DNA of 64,000 nucleotides from an uncultured beta proteobacterium (GCA_903859155.1 CAIOLO010000080.1:64210-128209), one strand, 5' to 3'; counted from the first letter of the stretch, positions 30,150-38,736 are shown. Notes: a model not told the origin generated them from the letters alone. Numbers and translations are program-made.

Positions 30150-31523
30150 TTACTGTCGGCATTCAATCTGAAAGGTGAACTGACGGGCTAGATCGCTCAC
30201 ATCGCCAATGCGCAGCTCTTTGGCGGAAGAACGCTCCTCTACTCGCTGCCCCCCCGCTTCAAGGAAAAGCCGGGCCATTGCACCCTGTACGGCAAAGTTA
30301 ACATTCTGTGGGATGTCACCTGTGGATTGCGCTATTCGCATAGCATCAAGTTTGCTGACGACCACGCCAACAAGGTTTCCTCCCATGTCAAGGAGTGGTC
30401 CACCGCTGTTGCCAGGCTGAACTGGTGCCGTGACCTGCAGAAATGCCGTATTTCCGCCCAATCCGGCAAGGGCACTGACATTGCCTAAGGTTACATTCAG
30501 TCCGTTTTGCAACACATCAGGGAGCGGAAATCCAGCCACCATCACACCTTCGCCAGCCTTAATGCCCGGTGCCGAACGAAATCGCACAAATGGGACCGAG
30601 CCTGTAACTTGAACGCGGATCATCGCTAAATCATTGCGCTCGTCACGGCGTACCAACTGTGCGGGATGAGTCCGTCCATCCAGAAGGGCCACAATGGATT
30701 TGCAAGTTTGCGTGACGTGGTTGTTTGTCAACGCGTGTCCCTGAGTGGATACAAAAAAACCGGTGCCAAATGACTGTCCACCTGCGGGCGGTGCGGCGGA
30801 TGGGGACCTTGGTGCTTGTGGGGCCGTTACGACGGGCGAGGTACGGAGGGTCGATCCGTTGAAAACTATATCAGTCAACGTGCAGAGATTTTGTCCACGC
30901 CGTTCTTCGAACCGACGATCTTTGTAACCCACTCGAACGTCGAACTGGCACTGACCATCTTTGGGCATCCGGATTGTCATCCGGTTTCCCGGGTCTACTA
31001 CGACCCCAGCACCCAGTTTATCCTCGCCCCAACTAGTCGCCTCTATCGGGCTGACATAGACAAATAAAATGGACTCTGATGAATTATTGACCAGATCAAA
31101 ATCAGCATTAGATGCGTCCGCTGTCGGAGTACTGATGCCACACGCAATTCTGAATCTAATTTGTCCGACTGAATTGGGTACCACCGCATTCCATGATCCA
31201 CTTGCGTTCGCTGAACCAACCACAGTCCCGGTCCCCATTTGTCCTGAGTTTTCAACATAGGCAGTTATTCGGAATCTAATTTCGGAACAATCGTATTCAA
31301 ATTGAGTTTGCTCTGAAAAATAATTTATGCGTCGATCATTTGTTTTCGCGACACTGTAGTCTGTTAATGACCACATTTTCGCAAATGTGCCTGTGCGGCG
31401 AATTGTTGTCGGATCATGGTATCCAACAGAAGTATCTGTACTAGTGCTTCGTACCCACTCAGCTAATGCATTTTCAGCACATAGCACGAGAACAGCTATC
31501 AGGATGAATAGCAATCGTTTCAT
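30150..31523 (-). CDS. secreted trypsin-like (S1) serine protease with two extra N-terminal domains
   Basis: 457 aa. Signal peptide MKRLLFILIAVLVLCAENALA. C-terminal protease domain with His (LTNNHV), Asp (NDLAMI) and Ser (GNSGGPL). Pro-rich linker (APQAPRSPSAAPPAGG). No PDZ domain seen. Confidence 0.85.
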   Translation of the reverse strand: MKRLLFILIAVLVLCAENALAEWVRSTSTDTSVGYHDPTTIRRTGTFAKMWSLTDYSVAKTNDRRINYFSEQTQFEYDCSEIRFRITAYVENSGQMGTGTVVGSANASGSWNAVVPNSVGQIRFRIACGISTPTADASNADFDLVNNSSESILFVYVSPIEATSWGEDKLGAGVVVDPGNRMTIRMPKDGQCQFDVRVGYKDRRFEERRGQNLCTLTDIVFNGSTLRTSPVVTAPQAPRSPSAAPPAGGQSFGTGFFVSTQGHALTNNHVTQTCKSIVALLDGRTHPAQLVRRDERNDLAMIRVQVTGSVPFVRFRSAPGIKAGEGVMVAGFPLPDVLQNGLNVTLGNVSALAGLGGNTAFLQVTAPVQPGNSGGPLLDMGGNLVGVVVSKLDAMRIAQSTGDIPQNVNFAVQGAMARLFLEAGGQRVEERSSAKELRIGDVSDLARQFTFQIECRQ

Positions 31524-31526
31524 AGA

Positions 31527-31745
31527 TCAGCAAGTTCTTTTATAAGCGCGTTTAGTCGCACCCCTGAAGTTCTGCGCCTGATACTCTCGCACTAGCGTCT
31601 GCGCTTCGGTCATTTGTAGAGGTGTCATTTATATTGCAGCAATGTCGCGGTTCTCCACCGCATCGGCATCACCTTTCGCGGCTGCAAGGTTGAACCACAT
31701 GTGGGCGCGGGCGTCATCCACAGGGACACCTTGCCCCAAGCTATC
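31527..31745 (-). pseudogene. remnant of a Sel1-repeat (SLR) protein with an in-frame stop
   Basis: The minus-strand frame reads ...LGQGVPVDDARAHMWFNLAAAKGDADAVENRDIAAI*MTPLQMTEAQTLVREYQAQNF..., i.e. one terminal Sel1 repeat plus the usual tail. It is interrupted by TAA at 31629-31631. No upstream repeats remain. Confidence 0.4.
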
Positions 31746-31840
31746 TAGCTCAGTTTCCGCCCACACCCTACCCCCTGCTTGACCTAGATCAATTTTCTGC
31801 CCATTGGAGGTATATGCTGGCCGGATACTGGGTGGTAACT

Positions 31841-32182
31841 ATGCGCTTTGTCCCTGCCTTACTGCTGTCGCTGGCGCTATGCCTGCCGATCACTGCCCAT
31901 GCCAAGGGTGGACACGGTGGGTCAAGCCATGCCCACGCAACCAACTCCAGCACTTCCGCATCCGCCCCCGAGACCCCCACGGCAGAATCCAACATAAGCG
32001 CTGCGGCTCGGTCAAGCTTCCAGGACTCTAACCCCCGCCCTGCAACCGACGAGACTTCTGGCGCTTGTCCCGGCTACGTTGCCGATCATATCCAACCACT
32101 GAAGGGTGGTGACGATGATAGTTCGAGCAATATGCACTGGCAGATCAGGGAAGCAGCGAAGATCAAAAATCGGACTGAGTAG
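31841..32182 (+). CDS. small secreted HNH-nuclease-like protein
   Basis: Start set at 31841 (signal peptide MRFVPALLLSLALCLPITAHA). Low-complexity KGGHGGSSHAHATNSSTSAS region. C-terminal CPGYVADHIQPLKGGDDDSSSNMHWQ resembles the short periplasmic HNH family (CPGYvvDHivPL..GG.D...NMQWQ). Confidence 0.6.
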   Translation: MRFVPALLLSLALCLPITAHAKGGHGGSSHAHATNSSTSASAPETPTAESNISAAARSSFQDSNPRPATDETSGACPGYVADHIQPLKGGDDDSSSNMHWQIREAAKIKNRTE

Positions 32183-32237
32183 ATTGTGAAGTTTTCCCGG
32201 ATTTATTATTTTGTCGGTTAGCCCTTGGAGGAATTTT

Positions 32238-32810
32238 ATGAAGATTGCATTCGTGGCATTCATTGCTGCTATTTTATTGTCGAGTTGTGGCTCAATCCCG
32301 CCATTGAACTTTTCGGTTCCCAATGTTGGCGTGTCAAATAAAAAAATTGACGCTGAAATGAAGTCAATGACCATAACGATTGCTCGCCCAGATGAAAAAA
32401 CAGGAGCCCTCCCGGCGGGCATGGAGAATAACGTCCCCCAACTGTGGCAAACAGCTTTGACTGAGTCACTAAACAGAATGGTGATTTTTAGAGATGATGC
32501 AGCCATGAAGGTGAATCTGTCGGTAAAAATCCTCAAGCTTGAGGTGCCGGGTGGCGGCTTTTCAATGACTACGAATGCGGCTGCGCGGTATGAACTAATT
32601 GATCGAAACACCGGGGGTATTATTTTTGCTCAGGATATTTCGTCATCGGGCACCACTCCTGCCGACTTTGCCTTTGCCGGAATAGCCCGTATTCGCGAGT
32701 CAATTAATCGCGCCGTCCAAAACAACATCACGCAATTTCTGCAAGCCTTGGAAACGGTTGATGTTAAAAAGCCAATGTTCCCTGCTAAGGGTAAGGGAGC
32801 TAACGAATGA
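32238..32810 (+). CDS. lipoprotein of unknown function
   Basis: GGAGGA + ATG at 32238. MKIAFVAFIAAILLSSC lipobox. Its stop overlaps the start of the next gene (ATGA at 32807-32810). Confidence 0.7.
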   Translation: MKIAFVAFIAAILLSSCGSIPPLNFSVPNVGVSNKKIDAEMKSMTITIARPDEKTGALPAGMENNVPQLWQTALTESLNRMVIFRDDAAMKVNLSVKILKLEVPGGGFSMTTNAAARYELIDRNTGGIIFAQDISSSGTTPADFAFAGIARIRESINRAVQNNITQFLQALETVDVKKPMFPAKGKGANE

Positions 32811-33271
32811 GATTACAGCAGGTTGTTTGTGCCACCATCGTCGTTCTTGCCGGATGTGCGTCCAACATTTCGCCGCAGACCTACTCTGTTGGCGCTGTTG
32901 GACAAGTCAATCGCACTGTAGCTGCCACTGTGGTGAGTGTTAGGGAAGTCGATGTGTCTGGCACCAACCGCGTGGGCGGCAGTGCCGGAACAGCAGCAGG
33001 TGCCGTTGTTGGGTCGTCCGCCGGTGGGAACAACTCAAGGGGCAATATCGTCGGGGCAATCGGAGGCGCGGTTGTTGGTGGCCTTGCAGGAGCCGCAATC
33101 GAAGCGAATGCTACGAAGCAGAAAGGCATGGAATATGTCGTCGAAACCGAGAACGGTAATCTCATGACGATTGTCCAGGGTGCAGACACATTATTCACCG
33201 TCGGGCAAAAAGTTTTCGTGCTTTATGGCTCTCCTTCGAGGCTTATTGCGGACCCTCGGACGAAGCAATGA
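32807..33271 (+). CDS. glycine-zipper outer-membrane lipoprotein (SlyB/Pcp-like)
   Basis: 154 aa. VVLAGC lipobox. Gly/Ala zipper GSAGTAAGAVVGSSAGG...GAIGGAVVGGLAGAAI. SlyB-like C-terminal segment. Confidence 0.8.
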   Translation: MRLQQVVCATIVVLAGCASNISPQTYSVGAVGQVNRTVAATVVSVREVDVSGTNRVGGSAGTAAGAVVGSSAGGNNSRGNIVGAIGGAVVGGLAGAAIEANATKQKGMEYVVETENGNLMTIVQGADTLFTVGQKVFVLYGSPSRLIADPRTKQ

Positions 33272-33373
33272 AAAAGAGCGCGGATCCCAGTAGCCTATAT
33301 CAACATTCAAGGTTCCGTCACGATCTGGAAATACGGCTTTTCTTGTCGTGAAGAAAATATAGCCTGAATATGA

Positions 33374-33952
33374 TTAGCGTTTGTCCAACTGCTTCAATAG
33401 CCGATACTTGCACCATGCGGCAAGTGTAAATGTGTCCTGCACCTCGGAGCGTTCAATCATTCCTTCGAACTCCTGAAAATCGAAAAAGCGAAATTCCCCA
33501 AGGCCTAACTCGCAATCCTCTCGCTTTGTAAGACGCCCACCTTCGGCCACATATAGATGAACTCTTGCCGCCAACACTCCAGAATCGGGAGTGATAAATC
33601 CCAGTGAACGAGAGCGTTTCGGATCGACAACCAACCCGGTTTCCTCCAGCAGTTCTCTCAATGCAGCGGTTTGTTCATCCTCTCCTTCGTCTACAAAACC
33701 GTGTGGTATTTCCAGAGAAAATCCACGCAAGGCAGGACGGTAAATTTTTATCAACCCGACTTGTTCATCGACAATAGGCAAGATAGCCACCCCGGTCACG
33801 AGGTTTTTTCCTGCATGTTTTGGAGCAACCACCAGATAGTCAGGCACTTCGTCACCAGCCATGTCGGACACATGGTCGAAATAGACAAAGAACTTTGAGT
33901 TCTCGCATGCCAGGCGCCTGGAGATCACCTCAATCGGTGGGTCTTTATCCAT
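33374..33952 (-). CDS. NUDIX hydrolase (ADP-ribose pyrophosphatase-like)
   Basis: 192 aa. Nudix box GFVDEGEDEQTAALRELLEETGL. AAGGGA SD upstream. Confidence 0.85.
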   Translation of the reverse strand: MDKDPPIEVISRRLACENSKFFVYFDHVSDMAGDEVPDYLVVAPKHAGKNLVTGVAILPIVDEQVGLIKIYRPALRGFSLEIPHGFVDEGEDEQTAALRELLEETGLVVDPKRSRSLGFITPDSGVLAARVHLYVAEGGRLTKREDCELGLGEFRFFDFQEFEGMIERSEVQDTFTLAAWCKYRLLKQLDKR

Positions 33953-34016
33953 ATTCCCTTTTGCTCAGAGGATTGAACGACAGCCGTAGTCTAAGAGCTC
34001 GCTGCAGTGATCGCGC

Positions 34017-35453
34017 CTAGAACGGGTAGATGCTGACCGCCACACCTGATGCATCTGAACTCACGCGGATGAGAGGTTGGGATGCGTCTGCCGAGGTCAA
34101 TTCTTTTTCGCCTGAGCCGGTTCTTGAATAGCGCAGCTTCCAGGTGCCTGCGGGATACTTGAAATGGTGCTGGCTTCCCCAGGCGAGGTCGACGTTCTCT
34201 TGCGTGGTGCCAGAATCCTTCACTTCCCGCCAAATCGTTGATGAAATTTTCCAGTTCGTCAATCCACCCGGTGCGGCAGTCTGGCTTGCTGGTGCGTCCG
34301 CAGCGTGAAACGTGCCGGCACTCCAGCAGGCCGCTTGCTCGGTTTCTGACACAAGTCTTATTATCCATCCCCCCATATTCTGTGATCCGGCTTGGCCCGC
34401 GCTTGGCACAAACGCGCTGGTACCCGGCTTGATTCTCCAACCATCTGCCAGTTCTTGTGGCGTCACTACGAGGCATTGCCGGTTTGTCGCTTCAGTACTA
34501 CCCGCATCCAGTAGGAATTCCCGTGAAATCTGGATTTTCTCTTCCGTTTTTACCGTGGTGATGGCGTGCTCCATGCTCATGCGACCAAACGAACCCGGCA
34601 GAATGGCGAGTTCGACCTCCAATTGCTCGATTGCTGGAGTGGAGAAAAAATTCGAAGAAGGGACCCAGGGAATGCCAATAACCCCTGTTTTCCAGATTAT
34701 TTGTCCCGGGTCCGCCGCGTCCAAATCGGTGGTGGGTACATTGAACCCAAGGCGGTCCGACCCGTACTCGAAAGCCTTGTAGGATTTGCCGTCAATCGAC
34801 AACTGCGGAACAGCCCCACCAGTATAGGAACTGGGGAGGTTTCCACGCACGGTGATGGACTGAAACGGCATAGAGGAAAACAGGAAAATCGGACCGCTGG
34901 CATTCAGCAGGGGGGCGGCGCTCGGGGGGCGGAGTCGGTATGCGATTGCTTGGGCGCGCTCACCCGCGTCCTTCACGGTCATGTCCACAGGCGAGTAAAG
35001 ATTCGATATCAGAGGTTCCAGTTCGGACTTGAGTTTATTCTCCTGCTCGCCAAGAGCAGAAGTGCTCAGGGACAGGCTGTCCTTGAATGTCGCCCGGCCC
35101 CGCGCCAGTGCATTCTGTGCGCGCACGCCGGCCACAACCAGTACTTCACGCTGGGCCTGTTTGGCTCGTTGCACCAAAACCCGGACTTCGGCCTGGCTAG
35201 TCGCGAGGAACGCGCCCAAGGTTCCTGGCTCCTGTGCTGCGTCCTCGCTGCCCTGATCGCGCTTGAGCGTCTTGTAGAGTCCGGGCGCGGCCAGCACCGT
35301 CACGGCCCCCGCCCCGGCACCGACGGCCAAGGTAGCGGCACCGGTATGCGCGGCCACTGCGGCGGCGGCAGTGTGAGCGGCGGGAATCATGGCCGCACAT
35401 CCGCTGAGTGCAAGGACACCAGAACCTATGAAACCGGCAAGAATGTATTGCAT
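34017..35453 (-). CDS. large lipoprotein/membrane-anchored protein of unknown function
   Basis: 478 aa. VLALSGC lipobox followed by an Ala/Gly-rich hydrophobic stretch, a predicted helical region, then a long beta-rich C-terminal part. I recognise no family motif. Confidence 0.7.
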   Translation of the reverse strand: MQYILAGFIGSGVLALSGCAAMIPAAHTAAAAVAAHTGAATLAVGAGAGAVTVLAAPGLYKTLKRDQGSEDAAQEPGTLGAFLATSQAEVRVLVQRAKQAQREVLVVAGVRAQNALARGRATFKDSLSLSTSALGEQENKLKSELEPLISNLYSPVDMTVKDAGERAQAIAYRLRPPSAAPLLNASGPIFLFSSMPFQSITVRGNLPSSYTGGAVPQLSIDGKSYKAFEYGSDRLGFNVPTTDLDAADPGQIIWKTGVIGIPWVPSSNFFSTPAIEQLEVELAILPGSFGRMSMEHAITTVKTEEKIQISREFLLDAGSTEATNRQCLVVTPQELADGWRIKPGTSAFVPSAGQAGSQNMGGWIIRLVSETEQAACWSAGTFHAADAPASQTAAPGGLTNWKISSTIWREVKDSGTTQENVDLAWGSQHHFKYPAGTWKLRYSRTGSGEKELTSADASQPLIRVSSDASGVAVSIYPF

Positions 35454-35974
35454 GGGCCTACCTTTTGCAGAGACTGTTTGCCCTTATAAACCGGCAATGA
35501 CCAGGGCATCCGCCACCGCTGGCCCGCCACCCGGGGCAGCGCGGCAGTTTAGCGATAACACGGCGCACAATTGGAGACTTATGCACACCCCCTTGGAAAT
35601 CCACTGCTGGCGCTGGTTTTCACAGGTCCCGTAGAGAAAACGGCCTAACTGGTTATATTTTAATAAGAAAAAATATTGGCTGCAAAACACTCAACTCAAA
35701 AAATCCCTTATGCGTAAGGTATTTACATTATATCGCCGACGATACTCACACACTTATGCACAGAAATTGTTGGCAACTCAAAATCCCATGCGAATTGAGG
35801 TTGTTATGGCTGCAATTTGAATTGCTTATGAGGAGTTTTCGGGGCGCACAAATATTGTTCGGCGTCAACAAAAACCGTGCGCGAACAAATCACTCACCGG
35901 CGTCACGTGCGGGCACGCCACGCTGACAGTCTGGATGTCCGGTTATGACCTCAGCGGCCATTCATTCGGATAAA

Positions 35975-37531
35975 TCAAACCTTGAATTTCCTGACCATAC
36001 TGGAGAGCTGCACCATTTGACCGTTCAGATCGCTGGCGGCGCCAAGGGATTCGGCAGCACTTGCGGCGTTCTTCTGCGTGACCAGATTGATCTGGGAAAC
36101 TGAATCGTTGATTCGCTCAATGCTTCCCGCCTGCGCCATTGTCGCGCTGGATATGTCGTTGGCAAGACGACTGATCGCATTCGCACCTTCGGCTGCTGCG
36201 GCAAGATTCTTGTCTATCTCCCTGGACAGATCGACCCCGTTTCTCGATTGCGCGACGGCGCTCTTTATCAGCATTTCGCTGCGGCGCGCCGCATCGGTCG
36301 AACGCGCCGCCAGGCCGTTGATCTCATCGGTGAGTATGCTGAAATCCGCTCCGGCCCCGCCGACGTGCGCCGCCTCTATCGCCGCGTTTATGCCGAGGAG
36401 ATTGGAGAAGATCGCCAATTCGTTCATGTTGTCGATGAGTTTCAGAATCTCCTTGAGAAACGGGTCATCCCTGTTCATGGCCATTTTCTTTTCCAGGGCC
36501 TTCATGTTCCTGGCAGTCTCGGTGCAGCGAGTGGACAGTTTTCGAATTTCTTCTGCCACTACTCCAAATCCTCCGGCAGAGGTCCTCACGCGTACCGCTT
36601 TTTCGCTGGCGCTGGTGGACAGTTTGCCGGTCTCTTTCGCAATGGAATCGATTTCAGTGACAATGGTGGCGGTGTTTTCCGCAGAGGCGCTGATCTCCGA
36701 CATCGCCGCTACCATTTGCCCCATCGACTGTTTGGCCGTCGTCACCGCCGCGGCCGCCCGCTTGGCATTCTGCTGCGCTTCATCGGTGTTTTTTGCACTG
36801 CTTCTGGCGCTGTCAGCCAGTTTTTCGATATTGCCAGCAGCGTCTTCGAGTCGGCGCTTTTGCTCGTCCGCGCCTTCGGCAACGGTAGAACTGGATTGCA
36901 TCACGCTCCGGCCCACGCCTGTGGCCAGTTCGACGGTATTGGTAACCTGGGAGATTGCGCCGTGCAGCGTATCCGCAGTCGCATTCATGGCATCCCTTAT
37001 GACCGCGTGCTCGCCACGATATCTGCCGTGCATCCGCGCATTCAGGTCATAGGTTGCGAGTCTGCCCAAAACGTCGCTCGCCTCATGCATGGGATCTACC
37101 ACTGCATCCAGGGTCTTGTTCATTCCGGATATCAACTCTTTCCAGATGCCTTCGTAATCCCAATCGTTGCCCCTGGTGCGCAGCCTGCCTTCCCTGACGT
37201 TGTCCGTGAGGTTCAAGGTCTCACGATGCATGCCGTAGAGAACCGCCAACAGCGTATTGATACTCTGCTTGATACGGTCATATTCGCCTTTTTGTTCATC
37301 TATGACGAAAGGCGGGATGCGTCCGTGAGCGATCTCGTCCAGCGCGCTGGCGGCAAGCCGCATCGGCGAGACAAGGTTGTCCAGCATCCGATTGACCAGG
37401 CCGACCAGTTCGGCATCCTGCCCCGAGAACCTGGAGGCATCTCCGCGGACATCCAGCTTGCCCTCAATCATCGCCTCTGCCACGGTGTTGACGACGTCAA
37501 AGACGGTTGCTTGTTTGGGTTTTGGCGTCAT
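35975..37531 (-). CDS. soluble methyl-accepting chemotaxis-type signalling protein (HAMP-like repeats plus an MCP signalling domain with a duplicated hairpin tip)
   Basis: 518 aa with no hydrophobic segments. Three HAMP-like units (GKLDVRGD...LVNRMLDNL; GRLRTRGN...GMNKTLDAV; YDLNARMH...). The C-terminal arm (IERINDSVSQINLVTQKNAASAAES) and tip motifs (GGFGVVAEEIRKLS; NLLGINAAIEAAHVG) are typical of MCP signalling domains. Starts 6 nt after the protease stop. Confidence 0.85.
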   Translation of the reverse strand: MTPKPKQATVFDVVNTVAEAMIEGKLDVRGDASRFSGQDAELVGLVNRMLDNLVSPMRLAASALDEIAHGRIPPFVIDEQKGEYDRIKQSINTLLAVLYGMHRETLNLTDNVREGRLRTRGNDWDYEGIWKELISGMNKTLDAVVDPMHEASDVLGRLATYDLNARMHGRYRGEHAVIRDAMNATADTLHGAISQVTNTVELATGVGRSVMQSSSTVAEGADEQKRRLEDAAGNIEKLADSARSSAKNTDEAQQNAKRAAAAVTTAKQSMGQMVAAMSEISASAENTATIVTEIDSIAKETGKLSTSASEKAVRVRTSAGGFGVVAEEIRKLSTRCTETARNMKALEKKMAMNRDDPFLKEILKLIDNMNELAIFSNLLGINAAIEAAHVGGAGADFSILTDEINGLAARSTDAARRSEMLIKSAVAQSRNGVDLSREIDKNLAAAAEGANAISRLANDISSATMAQAGSIERINDSVSQINLVTQKNAASAAESLGAASDLNGQMVQLSSMVRKFKV

Positions 37532-37537
37532 GGTGGG

Positions 37538-38020
37538 CTACGCAGAGTGGATGGATGGGTTCGAGCCGATTCGCAACAAGGACATCACTTTCTCGACTGC
37601 CGGCTCGGTGGCCTCTGTCACCTCTTTGCTCATGTGCGCGCGCGGCAGGTCGAAACAACGCCCTTCCACGCCCACAAGGGAGATCTGCTTGGGCATGCGT
37701 TCCGGATACAGCGCCGCGCCGATTTCCATCGTCTCCCGCAGTCCGATCCCATGTGCGGATATGGCGTTGGCCCGGCTTCGGGGGATGTCATCCATTCCCA
37801 GGCAGTGCACTGTTCCTACAGCGGCGCCCAGGCACATCGCATCGACAACGATCATGGCGTCTTCCGTTCCATCGAGCAGATCCAGCAAGGCGATTCCACC
37901 GACGCTGCAGTATTCCAGCCTGACCCCGGGCGGCAACCTTCGTGCCAGGCTGGCGTGGACCTCGAAGCCGATTGCATCATCGGCCACTAATTCGTTCCCG
38001 ATGCACACGACAAGAGGCAT
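37538..38020 (-). CDS. [NiFe]-hydrogenase maturation endopeptidase (HycI/HoxW/FrhD family)
   Basis: 160 aa. VCIGNELVADDAIG and AHGIGL motifs typical of hydrogenase C-terminal processing proteases. Its ATG abuts the stop of the upstream gene (TAGATG). Confidence 0.85.
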   Translation of the reverse strand: MPLVVCIGNELVADDAIGFEVHASLARRLPPGVRLEYCSVGGIALLDLLDGTEDAMIVVDAMCLGAAVGTVHCLGMDDIPRSRANAISAHGIGLRETMEIGAALYPERMPKQISLVGVEGRCFDLPRAHMSKEVTEATEPAVEKVMSLLRIGSNPSIHSA

Positions 38021-38482
38021 CTATTGCGTCGCAATCTTTATCTGGCAGGATTTCCCAACCCTGGCGATTTCTGACTTTACCGGCCGCCGCATCAACTCAT
38101 TGACGATGCCGTCAAAATACGCGTGGTACAGCTTGCATGTCGCTCCGCCGGTTTGCTTGCCCGAACTGGTGCAAAGGTCGCGAATGAAGCAGGTACCTAC
38201 CGTGGTATCGGCCCCGTTCTCGATGACGGAGGTGACCGAAATGTCGAACCCGGCCTTCATGCGTTCGGACAAGACTGCAATCGTCTCGGCCAGAGAAGGC
38301 TCTCCCAGATGCAGGGGCAGCTTTTTTGCCATGTCCCGCCCGGCCACCCTGCCCACCGGGCCGGTGGCTCCACCCATGACGTTGTCGATGGTGCTGGCGA
38401 ATGCGTCGACCAGAAAAGCCACCTCCATCATGGCGTGATCGTGGTCCTCGGCTGTCAGATCACCTGCGGGCGCAACTTTCAC
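38021..38482 (-). CDS. V4R-domain protein (second copy in the operon)
   Basis: Start assigned to the GTG at 38482 (GGGGAG 6-7 nt upstream), overlapping the ferredoxin stop as GTGA. An alternative ATG lies at 38431. C-terminal GTCFIRDLC...GGATCKLYHAYFDGIVNEL...GKSCQIKI fits the cysteine-containing V4R (4-vinyl reductase) pattern. Confidence 0.7.
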   Translation of the reverse strand: MKVAPAGDLTAEDHDHAMMEVAFLVDAFASTIDNVMGGATGPVGRVAGRDMAKKLPLHLGEPSLAETIAVLSERMKAGFDISVTSVIENGADTTVGTCFIRDLCTSSGKQTGGATCKLYHAYFDGIVNELMRRPVKSEIARVGKSCQIKIATQ

Positions 38483-38736
38483 AGAAATCTCCCCACCCGA
38501 TTGCAGAACTCGCTGTCGCGGTAAAAGTTCTTTACTTCGTGGTGCCCGGAATGTTTGATGGCATGAGACGGGCAGATATAGCCGCACGACAGGCAGGCAA
38601 TGCAATCCTCGGCATGTTCAACTTTGCACAGCCGGGCATCCTGATCGAATCGGAACACCTTGGTTGGGCAGATATCCACGCACAATTCGCAGCCGCGGCA
38701 GGCCCTCTCGTGGATCTCGATAACGACCGGATTCAT
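38479..38736 (-). CDS. 2x[4Fe-4S] ferredoxin
   Basis: 85 aa. CRGCELCVDICP and CIACLSCGYICP cluster motifs. Its ATG overlaps the large-subunit stop (ATGA). Confidence 0.85.
   Translation of the reverse strand: MNPVVIEIHERACRGCELCVDICPTKVFRFDQDARLCKVEHAEDCIACLSCGYICPSHAIKHSGHHEVKNFYRDSEFCNRVGRFL

Noticed and set aside
36248-37990. 580-aa plus-strand ORF overlapping the MCP and protease genes.
   Set aside because: It is antisense to two genes with clear motifs. Its product is Arg/Gly/His-rich with no recognisable domain and no start context.
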